From NCBI GenBank assembly GCA_964187785.1, contig OZ076409.1, positions 46,812,001 through 46,876,000 of the forward strand: a DNA stretch of 64,000 nucleotides. Direction: 5' to 3'. Under the pieces are notes generated by a model. That model worked only from the letters and a program-made list of their open reading frames with translations. It was not told the DNA's origin and searched no databases. The number at the start of each line of letters is the position of its first letter. The stretch's first letter is position 1. The position numbers and the translations under genes are program-made. Of this stretch, positions 53,201 through 64,000 are shown piece by piece. Origin of the DNA: Amphiscolops sp. MND2022 (lineage: Eukaryota).

Positions 53201-55460
53201 CAAAACGAACGAACATGCGCAGTTCATTACTACCTCATTGAAAAAAAGTCAGTCACGTCAAAACAAACGAGAATCAATCCAATCAAAAAACTGCAATGGA
53301 TATTAGACGCATCGAACAAAGTGAACGCGAAGACCCGTCGGAAGAAACACTAGTTCTAACCAACCGATGGAAAGAGCTGGTAAAACCGGGAGAATTCAGA
53401 ACATTCGAAGGCGTCTGGAAAAAATAAAATCCCTCAATATAACATCGCGCAGAAATAAAAAGAATTGAAATTACTCTAAATCAGTAAAGAAATCGTTTAC
53501 TCTGGAATAGAATGGAACAACAAAGCAAGGAGTCAGAGGACGAAGTATCAAGAAGAGAAGAACTGCACAGAGTGATTGAAAAAATCAGAAAAACGCCAAA
53601 GAATAGTTATGAAGAACAATCCGGAACAAGCAGAGAAACAAGAGAAAATAGCGAATCACCGGACACAATCGAAACAGCATCAACAAGCTGAAACGATTCA
53701 TTCGGAATACCAGCAATCAACTTTAAAAGATATTTGGGCGCAACTGGAGTACGCTACATTCAAATGGGCCAAACCAGCCATGTTCAAGACAACAACACAT
53801 GGGACTTAGAAGAAACAATTCGGCAGGTAAAACAAAAATTCACTATCGACCTCAAGACAATTGCAACTGAGACGACAAAAGATGAGAAATTTTTGAAGGC
53901 AGTATGCCTGGAACGCCGATCAATTGATCAAATACCAGAAGAGTACAGTCAATACCGAAAGCAGCTATCAAGACGGTTCGGTGTAGTCTTTTTTGAGGAC
54001 CGGATCTTTATCTCAAAGTCACTACGAAACACAATAATTATGCTGCTACACAAGGGACACGCGGCCATCAACAAGATGACTACAGCTGCTAAACCATTTT
54101 GGTGGCCCAAAATGTCGAAGGACATACAACAAAAATGCGAAGAAGGCATTCCCTGTAAAATGGTCGATAAGAATAATAAACCACAATTACCTATGACCGA
54201 AATAAATTATTTACCACCGGCAGAAAGTAATAACCAAGAAATCCAATTGGATTTTATCGAGCCAATAAGATTTAAGCACCGGAGACTTTTTATATCAATC
54301 TCAATAGACCGGTATAGTAGATGGCCGGCAGCAAGTATATGTGAAACACCCACAGGAAACTCAGTTCTGAACTTTTCGAAACAAAATGTCATAAAAAACG
54401 GACTGCCACAAATAATCCAAACAGATAAAGTGGCCACCTTTACCGGAAGAGAATTCCAAGGTTTTTGCAAATCCCTAAACATAAAATTAATATACGGGAC
54501 AACGTACATACATACACCAACGGGATTGGTAGAAAAAGGCATAAAACGCTAAAAGACTACCTACGGACTAATCTAGAAGAAGGACACAACATAAACGAAG
54601 CGCTAAACCGTTCATTGAATATCATGCGAACTACAGTCCATTCTAGCATAAAAGAAACACCGTTTGAACGTCACTACGGTAGAAAACCAAGAACGGAATT
54701 ACACAACTATTTAAATATATCACTCAATAAACATTATACTGTTTCAGAAAAACCAGAGACACTACAAGTCGACTCATTTGCCAACAAAAACTGACAGCAC
54801 GACCAACTGGTGATGAAGGCATCCCGAAAACTGGAAGAAGATGTGAGTAGTAAATTTCCATATCTCTTTCAGGAAAAGAAACAAACCAAAGATAAACTCG
54901 AAAGTGCCTATGAAAGAGAACCACAGATAGCAATATCTGGTTCAAAACACACAATATTAACAAATGAAATGAAAACAATACATAGGAAAAAAGCGAGTGA
55001 ACCAATGAATCCACTCTTTCAGAATCTTTTATCACGAAAGGGGGAAAACCCGAGGGGAATCGACGGAAGATTCATCCAGACAGAACCAAAAGACACAGAA
55101 CATACGGAAAGATGCAGTACACCAATACTGGAAGAAAATGTACTAGACAATACACTTGAGATGGAGAACACAACAATTAGCCCAGTGTACGGAAGAGGAA
55201 GAGGCAGAAGAAAGCTGATTCGAGACGGAAACAGCCAAATAACACCCGAAAAAAGCGACAAAACAATGCCCGCAACAACCGAAGACGATCCAAATATACT
55301 TACAGAGGTCGACCAAAGCGTTAATACTGATTCAATAAAAACTGAAATAATTGAAAATCTAAATATAAACGAAAACCAAAATGAACCAATCACAAGAACT
55401 TCAGCCAGACTAAGATCGACAAATACAATAAATAGATATGGAAACCCAAAAATATACTGA
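50292..55460 (+). pseudogene. Gypsy gag-pol with multiple stops and frameshifts
   Basis: Knuckles CGQCGAPNWTRKHIC and CRNCKRKGYYEKMC, protease FIIDSGS, RT WLDD, RNase H TTDA...ELLVVVWGLEHFR..DH, integrase HKGH..WWPKM, QLDF and IDRYSRWP. Order is RT-RH-IN. Confidence 0.95.
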
Positions 55461-55725
55461 CTATTCCAGGTAACACCGTTGACAAACAATCTGCAGAGGA
55501 CCGCCAGTGAAAGAAAAAGGAAACAAGGAACGGAAGAAGAATTTGCGTGGACGAGAGAACAACCGTCTAAGAAAAAAAAAGAAAGCGTTTACGGTAGATA
55601 CCGTAATTAAAACAAACAAAAACAGTTCGACAATTCGGTGCTCATTATAAAATTGTTTTAAATTCAAGTTTTGTAAGTTTTTTGCCTTCGTACTTAATGT
55701 ACCATTTATGATGTAAAAGGGGGTG

Positions 55726-55918
55726 TGTGACATGATGTCAATCATGCACTTACTGCCACTTAAATTACAATTAGCTAATGACAATTTAATACCTGCCAAT
55801 AGGTATGAACTAAACTTTTAGAAGCTCACCTATTCAGTTGAACCTTATTATCCTATAGTACAGAATAGAACATTCAGCTTAACATTCTTTTATTGAGATA
55901 TTATCGAGGAATACAACA
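55726..55918 (+). repeat. 3' LTR of the Gypsy
   Basis: Matches the 5' LTR, ends CAACA and is followed by the TSD. Confidence 0.95.
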
Positions 55919-56259
55919 GAAGTCATATTGATCAGGGAGGAAAATTTTCTGCTCACGCAAATCACGTATAATCACCAAAATTGAATTCAAATGTTTTGGA
56001 AACACTAAAGTTTAATTTAATAGATGTGATTTCGAGTAATTTCAACAATTCAAACGAAAATCAGTTAAGCGTTCATAGTGTATTGCTTGCACGAGTTTTT
56101 GGATCGTTGTCTGTTTTGAGTTTTTGGATCTCTCGAGCCCGTTGTTAAAAAAGTGCCCCTGACATCGCATCCCTGCCCCTAACAGCCTGTGATAGCATCG
56201 AACTGCAGCTTTTGCCGACTGAATTGTGAACATTTGAGTCTATATCAAAAAAGTTAAAG

Positions 56260-56803
56260 GAGAATGGCACAAATATAGGGGAAAGTCGAACCCTATTCGA
56301 TTCTATCTGCACATCTTATGAGGGACTTGAAAGGTATATTGGATCGGGTCCAACTTCGTTTACCCACTCTCCAGATTTTGAACTCAGTATTGCCAACAAA
56401 ATCAGAGGTCTCGAACTTTCAGGTCGACAAAAGAGTGCAATTTCAGTATCATCAAAAGAAGTTACATCTCATGCAGAAGCAATTTTAGCCAACGCTACCT
56501 TGAAAAACGACGAGTTCAACGTGAGCTGGATATCCCGTACATCGAATCGAGTTGACAGATTATTCAGTCAGGCAAAGTTTGTTTTCCGACTATCTCAAAT
56601 GCACAACCCTCACGAACTTGGAAAGTCAAATTTTTTATTTTGTAATGTTGAATATTGGAATATGAAGTCATTCAATGGTTTATATAATGAAAATCGTTGA
56701 GCATGTTTTTGATATATCAATATATCTATCGTTAGGAAACTCAGATATAGATTATCTATCGCTTGATGACGATAGTATCGCGATACGGTATTTTACAGCA
56801 CTG
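56260..56803 (+). mobile_element. hAT-like DNA transposon 3' remnant
   Basis: WISRTSNRVDRLFSQAK matches the hAT dimerisation motif (P.TS..VER.FS). Ends ...ACAGCACTG at 56803, the reverse complement of a CAGTG-type TIR, with subterminal gata/tatc repeats. Confidence 0.65.
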
Positions 56804-57299
56804 AGTAAATGTCATAACTCAGGAATAAAGTCAACCAACTGCTCAGACTGAATTTTCAGACTGAATTAAGCAAACCCGAAATGGAATATTTGACCGCGAA
56901 AATCCATTTTTCAAGTTACCGCTAATCTCAGCGCGAAAATAACTGTTTCCTTGAAAAGCAGCTTGGAATTGAAAGAAAAAATTATTTGAACGAATTATTC
57001 ATAAAACAGGTAACAAGAGTTTGTCTAATTTATATAGAAAACATCCAATCAGGACAGAAAATGAGCTTAAGCAGCTCTTCTGGTTTTCTGCCCCACATTA
57101 AAGAAAGCTGGAAGACAGTAAGTCTACACTAAGTTTCTTAAATATTTACCTTTGAAGTAAGAGACAGATATTTGGTAAATCATGAAATTATACCAAACCT
57201 CGATGTGCTAACATTGTTACCGTTGATATAAAGTTCCATTTTTGAGAAGTATTTTTTTGTGAGTTGCTCAAACGCTTAATATCTTTGGACATCAAATCC

Positions 57300-57640
57300 C
57301 TGTGTTAAAGCCAGTTATAGGCTCAACATGAGGTATTTTGAACTGACTTCGGTTAAGTTACAATTCGACTGTAGATAACTGTTATTAGTCGATGCTGGTT
57401 TCAGCTAGTTTAGTATGAACAATTTTCATTTCCAGTAAGTAAATGAAGAAACGACTCCAATCATAATCGTTTGCATTCTTCGTGAAGCTCCATTTCATCT
57501 AATTCGAAAACAGTCAAGATTTTTTTCTTTTCAAACATATATCCAGTACTATCATACTTATTTGTGAAAACAATTGCGCGTAGTATTCTTCTTTGTACTT
57601 TCTCACGTTTTCCAGGTTGGTTTTTGCTGAGCTTCCATGT
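57300..57640 (-). pseudogene. LINE (CR1/L2-group-like) ORF2 C-terminal remnant
   Basis: EKVQRRILRAIVFTNKYDSTGYMFEKKKILTVFEL resembles the post-RT region of this group. Confidence 0.55.
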
Positions 57641-58666
57641 CATCATTCTGTAAGAAATGGTCAAATTTGCAAATGGACATTTTTCAATTTTTTGACATGT
57701 AAGAAATCACTGCTAATTTCTGTCATTCCGGCGAAGGGAAAAATAAGATAAGTTGATATCAGTTAGATTTGTGGAATCTAGCTTCTAAGCCGTAACAGTT
57801 TTGAAAAAGCAAACTTAATAATTTCAGAGAATTGTTGTCGAATCGTTGTAATTTATCGGTTACTGTTTGCCTGTTACCTGTTTTCTTAATTGCATGCAAG
57901 GCAAGTTTCGTCTAAACCATTTTTCCATTCGATTTCGACGCCCCATATTGGAAGATTCTATATGTTGAGACCCGCCGACTTTGTCGTTAAAGTGATACCT
58001 AAAAAGTCTCTTGTTCCTTACTGATTTTTTTAGGTGAATCTCAAGGATAGAATGTAATTTGCTCAGAACTCTTGAGCTGAAAAACACCCATGGACAGTTT
58101 CAACCAGAGCTGCATATGCAGTAAAGAAGTCGGTGTAGGTCTTTTTCCTTCTGACTCGCTCGAATCCCAGTCATATGAATATTTTGAAATTGCACACATA
58201 GGACCATATTATGGTATAGAATGACTGTAGAAAATTTCGTTCAAATCCTATGTAGTTATTGAGAAAATCGAAAAAAGTCGGAAAATGGCTTTTTTTGGCC
58301 ATTTTTGGGCTAATTTTGGCTATGTTTCTCACATCCCAGTCATACGATTTTGATGCCTTTGCGCACGCAGGGACCCCTTTGGGTGTAGAATGACTGTGCA
58401 TAAATTTTATGAAAATAGTATGGACAGTTTTTGAGAAATTTGAAATTTTCGTTGAAAGATCGGGAGAAAAAAAACGACACGATTGCATAAGTAGTCGAAA
58501 ATTATTTCCGACTCCTAAAAATCAGAAGACCACAAAAACTGGCAAGTTGTATTATTGTTTTCAACTTCTTGCACCATCTTTGCTCCAATGAGACCTGTTA
58601 GCCCTTCTGGCAAGCAATGACCCCACGTTGACACTGACACAAAAATTTCAGCTTTTTGAGATAATG

Positions 58667-58902
58667 ACAGAAATTGAAACAACCCAGTTGGTGAAAATTG
58701 TTTTACTGAATTGAAAAAAAAATATTCTTTCGGAAAAAATGCTTTTAGTTTTAATCGCTGATCTTTGTACCGATAATTTGAAAATCTTCAAATTATCGTT
58801 ACAAAGACATCAGTGATTAAAACAGAAAGCATTTTTTCCGAGATAATATATTTTTTGATTTTAGTAAAACAATTCTCGCATACTGGCTGTTTCAACTTCT
58901 GT
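58667..58902. repeat. Imperfect palindrome or MITE-like foldback, ~235 bp
   Basis: Centre gataatttgaa-aatc-ttcaaattatc; the arms pair with scattered mismatches. Confidence 0.8.
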
Positions 58903-60780
58903 TCTCAAGCCTTGTTAGTTCTAAACGGAAATTTCGAGATAAACTTGAAAAATTCTGAAACCTTCGCGGTAAAACTACCGAACAACTTTTGACTATTTGA
59001 AAATCATTTCACCACTTCTTTTCCTGAATTAGGTCTTGCATCCTTCAGGTTTTCATTCCGCTCAGAAATGGCCCATACCAATGTGATGTGCATAAATATT
59101 CCACCTTCATTACTGGTGACGACTGTGTTTCTTAGATTGTTTGAAACCCCAAGTATTTATCATATTTTTTTCAAATGCTTGTTGCTCACTTCCCTGTGAT
59201 TCAATACTAGTACTTTAACAACTAGTACTTCAACACAGAGCAGAGTCAGTCGTTCTGGGGTTTCATATTTTTATACTGTAAAAAGTGCTCGAGCAAAAAT
59301 ACATGGTAACGAATGCAACTTTACCTGAAAAACTTGAGAAACACCTTTCAAATGAAGTAAACTTACTCGAGAAACTGAGTAAGGACAATATGAGAAATGC
59401 ATAGCATTTCAGGCAAAACAAACCTTATCTTTAATTTTTCCTTAGATAAACTAGCAATTGATGTGTGTGTAACTTTAACCGTTTCTTGCATTGATGGTTG
59501 ATGTAAATTTTCACAGGATTATCATGATATAAAACCTCTAAAGCCAAGAGTAAAAATTCCTTTTGGTCAAAGAAATCATCTCGTAGTTTTGCAAACATAA
59601 CTAAAAAGCATTAACAATTCTTGTCCCGCAAACCAATTTTTTGAACAACTTAGCTTCGTCTTGAAACACTAACATAGCAATTGGAAAATACTGTTGATAA
59701 AGTTATTGTGAACAGGTTTACTTTGGTTTTGGAAGGTGTTTGGTTTTTTAATCGACGCTTTTCGAAAAAAAAACCGACTATAGTAGTATTTTTTAAGACC
59801 GACGAACTGACAGATTTCTATCAGCAACTTTTTATGAACGGTAAAGTATCTTAGTAACTTCTAACAAGCATAGTAACTGTCACTCGGCATAAACATTAAC
59901 CTGGATTTTCTGCGGTCTGAGCAGTACTACGTGAGTTCGAGTCTCGCACTAAACCAAAATTTTGTTATGCTTGCAAAAGTAGAGGGGAGACCAAAGCGTC
60001 TTACGTTGGTTTTCCGGCACCGTGCGACATTTTTCTGAACGAAAAGTCCGCCCTGTGATTTTTAGCAGAAACAGTGTTTTGGGAGCATAGAGGTTGACCT
60101 TAGTTTTTCGGCACTATGCGAATCACGGAAAATAAATTTGAAAAATTTGGGAGAAAATTTATAGAAAAGTTCATTCCACGCATTTTTAGTTACCTGAGAT
60201 TTCCTGTAAGGAAAACCCTTTTCGAGTTTCCAAGGACACCTCTTTGATTATTTTTTGGTCTTGTGGTATTGATGAGAGTTTTTTTAAAGTTGTGGAACCG
60301 ACCTACAGTTATTCCACCACTGTGCGACTTTTCTTCGAAAAATTTTGTTTGTTCGAAATGTACCAAGCCATTTTCATGAATTTTTGCGGCCTATGAAAGA
60401 AGTGAGTGGATGAAAAAAGTGTTTTGCGAGCCCTTTTGGGCCGTTTTGGCACGTTATGATAAATAGAATGTTTCGGTTTGGAAAAAGCGTTCAACGAGCC
60501 TTAAGGGTCTAATTTTGTGTTTTCAGCACTATGCGACTTTTTTGACCAGAACGACTTGGATTTTTTTGAAAAAAATTAACCTTTTCTGATGATTCCAGTT
60601 CGGGAAAGTTGTTTTCGAGTCTTGAGGGTACCCTGCCGGGTAGTTTTTGGTACTGTTTAAAAAATTAGGATAGCAGACATTCGTTTACACAATTCCTATT
60701 GGATGAGATGAAGGTTATAAACATTACATAGTAAAGCTTGCCCAGGGCACTCCAGTATATTCCGTTTGTGGACATAGAAA

Positions 60781-60870
60781 GGGTTACCAGACAAAAGAGC
60801 TCCAGGCAAAAGCGCCGAAAAAACAGTCAAAAGCGCCCCAGTCAAAAACACCCCGTCAAAAGCGCCCCAA
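60781..60870. repeat. caaaagcgcc-type repeat array, candidate end of the MULE element
   Basis: gggttaccagacaaaag followed by about 5 caaaa(g/a)c(g/a)cc units, downstream of the minus-strand transposase. Confidence 0.45.
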
Positions 60871-61025
60871 TTGATTTCGTCTCAGGATTTAATTGCCTTG
60901 ATTTCGTCTCACGAACTAAGTTAGTGTCTTGGTACAATGCTTGGTACTGAAACGTAGATTACGTAATGAATGTGTTTGAATCAAATGACTCATTTTATAA
61001 GTCACTTCAAAACTCATCGTATTAA

Positions 61026-61100
61026 GACTGGATAGCTCAATGGTCAAAACTATAGTTGTTGACTATTAGTCATCGAGTTCGAAAATAAGTACATGAAAAT
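61026..61100 (+). mobile_element. Degenerate tRNA-derived SINE head
   Basis: A-box-like TAGCTCAATGG (61033-61043) and B-box-like GAGTTCGAAA (61075-61084). Confidence 0.4.
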
Positions 61101-61384
61101 TTTCCATGAAAAAGTCTCATTCAATGTGATGACCCGGAAACATCCCCCCGTTATCAGGGGGGTTCCGAGTTGGGGTGGGAGAGAAAAAATTTTTATTTAA
61201 AAACCCCCTCTTTATGGTGACAAATTCTCAGAGATGTAGCCTGCAGAGTTCTAGAGAAAACAGGATATTTTGAAATTTTGCTCATTTTTTTCCACAAGAC
61301 ACAATAACAACAAAAACACCAAAATATCATCTACCGTTGATGCTCAGGAATGCCAAAATTATACGCGCATTTTCTGAGAAAGAA

Positions 61385-62037
61385 AATTTATTCGGTAATA
61401 GAGCAAAAGCGAGAGGGATCATGCTTCCTTCAACGAGGACTTGTACAGTGTAAAGTTGAAAACGTTTTGCGGACACACGCTAAAAGTACCATTGAAGTAC
61501 CACGAACCTGCGTTACATAAGGTGTCCGAGTTGTCCGTTGTTGCGAAAATTGAAACCCTTTCGGGATCGTCCTCACCAGTGTCAAAGTGGAGAAATGCTT
61601 CACCGGAATGTTTTTTTCAACTCTTCGGGTAAAGTGAATTTCAATGTTTTATCATCTTCAATCTTCAGCTGAACTTCCTGTTGGAATCAGTTGAAAAGTC
61701 GCTGGTTGGAAAGATACGACGGTAGGGTCGGTCCTGACTCGACGGTAAGAATTTGCTGAGCTGCCAAAATAACACTCTTGGGTGTTTCTTCGGTTGACAC
61801 TGCTCGTGTTTTAAGTTCAGCAAGGAATAATTTCTCCTACTTTTTCGGGTTGTGGCTCATGACAATGCTCACTCACACTTTTGACATTGTTTCCAACGTT
61901 AATATTATTCGGCAGTTTTAATTCAGATACCTCCATGACTCCGTTCCGTTTTTGAGGTCCCTTGCTTTTCTGTATAAATACTCACAGTGGGTCATAATGT
62001 CTTGGTTTTTATTGCTTTTAAGAGCAGTGATTTCCAT
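61385..62037 (-). pseudogene. FLYWCH-MULE (Mutator-like) transposase, N-terminal half, frameshifted
   Basis: Manual translation gives KSNK..EYLYRKARDLKNGTESWR...EHCHEP (FLYWCH-like), then GEAFLHFDTGEDDPERVSIFATTDN...WYFNGTFSVCP..FQLYTV...GSMIPLAFALLPNK (MULE core, DGTF read as NGTF). Not in the ORF track. Confidence 0.85.
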
Positions 62038-62065
62038 TTGGCTGATAGTTGCAATGCATTTCTTA

Positions 62066-64000
62066 ACTGGTGACGACTGTGTTTCTTAGCTTGTTTGAAA
62101 CCCCAAGTATTTATCATAATTTTTTTCAAATGCTTGTTGCTCACTTCCCTGTGATTCAATACTAGTACTTTAACAACTAGTACTTCAACACAGAGAGGAG
62201 TCAGTTGTTCCAGGGTTTCAAATTTTTATACTGTGGAAAGTGCTCGAGCAAAAATACATGGTAACGAATGCAACTTTACCTGAAAAACTTGAGAAACACC
62301 TTTCCAATGAAGTAAACTTACCCGAGAAACTGAGGACATTATGAGAAATGCATAGCAATTTAGGCAAAACAAACCTTATCTTTAATTTTTCCTTAGATAA
62401 ACTAGCAATTGATGTTTGTGCAACTTTAACTGTTTCTTGCATTGATGGTTGATGTAAATTTTCACCGGATTATCACGATATAAAACCTCTAAAGCCAAGA
62501 GTAAATCTTCCTTTTGGTCAAAGAAATCATTTATTAGTTTTGCAAACATAACTAAAAAGCATAAACAATTCTTGTCCCGCAAACCAATTTTTTGAACAAC
62601 TGAGCTTCGTCTTGAAACACTAACATAGCAATTAGAAAATACTGTTGATATACTTATTGTGAAAAAAGGTTTACTTTGGTTTTGGAAGGTGTTTGGGGTT
62701 TTATTCGACGCTTTTTGAAAAAAGAAACCGACTATAGTAGTATTTTTTAAGACCGACGAACTGACAGATTTCTATCAGCAACTTTTTATGAACGGTTTAG
62801 TATCTTAGTAACGTCTAACAAGCATAGTAATTGTCACTCGGCATAAACGTTAACCTGGATTTTTGCGGTCTGAGCAGTACTACGTGAGTTCGAGTCTCGC
62901 ACAAAACCAAAAATTTGTTATGCTTGCAAAAGTAGAGCGGAGACCAAAGCGTCTTACGTTGGTTTTCCGGCATCGTGCGACTCTTTTCTGAACTGAAGTG
63001 CCGCCCTGTGAATATTAGCAGAAACAGTGTTTTTGGAGCATAGTGGTTGACCTTAGTTTTTTGGCACTATGCGAATCACGGAAAATAAATTTGGGAGGAA
63101 AATTATCGAAAAATTCATTCCACGCAAATTTTAGTTATCTGAGATTTCCTGTAAGGAAAAGCCTTTTTGAGTTTCCAAGGACACCTCTTTGATTATTTTT
63201 TGGTCTTGTGGAATTGATGAGAGTTTTTTTAAAGTTGTGGAATCGACCTACTGTTTTTCCACCACCGTGCGAGTTTTCTTCGAAAAATTTTGTTTGTTCG
63301 AAGGGTACCCCCGCCATTTTCATGAATTTTTGCAGCGTATGAAAGAAATGAGTGGATGAAAAAAGTGTTTTGCGAGCCAAAAACTTTTTCGGCACTGCTA
63401 GTTTTTTCCAGAGAAGACAATATTTTAGTGTTCGGGGAAAAAGTGCGTATTCTTGGCGCTTTGCGACCTTTTCAAATTTTTCTCAATGAAGTGTACCGCT
63501 TTCATTTTTTAGAAGTTTTGAAAAAATAATTGAGAAATTTATTTCAAAATATTGGGATTTTCTGATGTTTTTTAATTTCAGGAAAAGCTGTTTTCGAGCC
63601 TCGAGGAGACCCTTTCGGGCCGTTTTGGCACGTTATGATAAATAAAATGTTTCGGTTTGGAAAAAGCGTTCAACGAGCCTTAAGGGTCTATTTTTGTGTT
63701 TTCAGCACTATGCGACTTTTTGACCAGAACGACTTGGAATTTTTTTTGAAACAAAATTAACCTTTTCTGACAATTCCAGTTCGGGAAAGTTGTTTTCGAG
63801 TCTTGAGGGTACCCTTTCGGGTAGTTTTTGGTACTGTTTAAAAAAATTAGGATAGCAGACAATCGTTTACACAATTCCTATTGACTGAGATGAAGGTTAT
63901 AAACATTACATAGTAAAGCGTGCCCAGGGCACTCCAGTATATTCCGTTAGTGGACATAGAAAGGGTTACCAGACAAAAGCGCTCCAGGCAAAAGCGCTCA
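62066..64000 (+). repeat. Older tandem duplication, copy 2 (runs off the window; ~235 bp extra at ~63378-63612)
   Basis: Colinear with 59112-60816. Confidence 0.9.

Larger units (their letters stand above)
50090..55918 (+). mobile_element. Ty3/Gypsy LTR retrotransposon, full-length and decayed
   Basis: LTRs at 50090-50275 and 55726-55918 (about 7-8 substitutions plus a 7-bp insert near the 3' end). TSD GAAGT (50085-50089 and 55919-55923), PBS TGGCGCAGTGAAC at 50276, PPT AAAAGGGGG at 55715-55723. Confidence 0.96.
59112..62065 (+). repeat. Older tandem duplication, copy 1 (period 2954 bp; homology checkable to ~60816)
   Basis: actggtgacgactgtgtttcttag at 59112 and 62066; colinear with many substitutions. 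Confidence 0.9.

Noticed and set aside
59066..59110. C2H2 zinc-finger exon (GPYQCDVHKYST)
   Set aside because: Second Cys and His pair are missing and the match is too short.

Overview
AT-rich eukaryotic (most likely metazoan) DNA, almost entirely transposon-derived. I found no prokaryotic operon, no CRISPR array and no host gene I can support. There are four LTR retrotransposons with both LTRs and target-site duplications (TSDs): an old BEL/Pao on the minus strand (13774-22077), a young BEL/Pao on the plus strand (23483-30584), a very old Gypsy on the minus strand (39359-~44390) and a decaying Gypsy on the plus strand (50090-55918). Also present are Gypsy, FLYWCH-MULE, hAT and LINE remnants, tRNA-derived SINE-like heads, MITE-like foldbacks, a 29-bp minisatellite and two multi-kb tandem duplications. 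The most notable item is an intact 204-aa extra ORF between the primer-binding site (PBS) and gag of the young BEL/Pao. It has SGNH/GDSL-hydrolase-like motif spacing and a basic tail. The same element's gag-pol is one frame broken only by three UGA codons. Two back-to-back spacerless palindromes (132 bp and ~250 bp) lie at 32.3-32.7 kb. All family calls come from motif recognition by eye; no searches or alignments were run.
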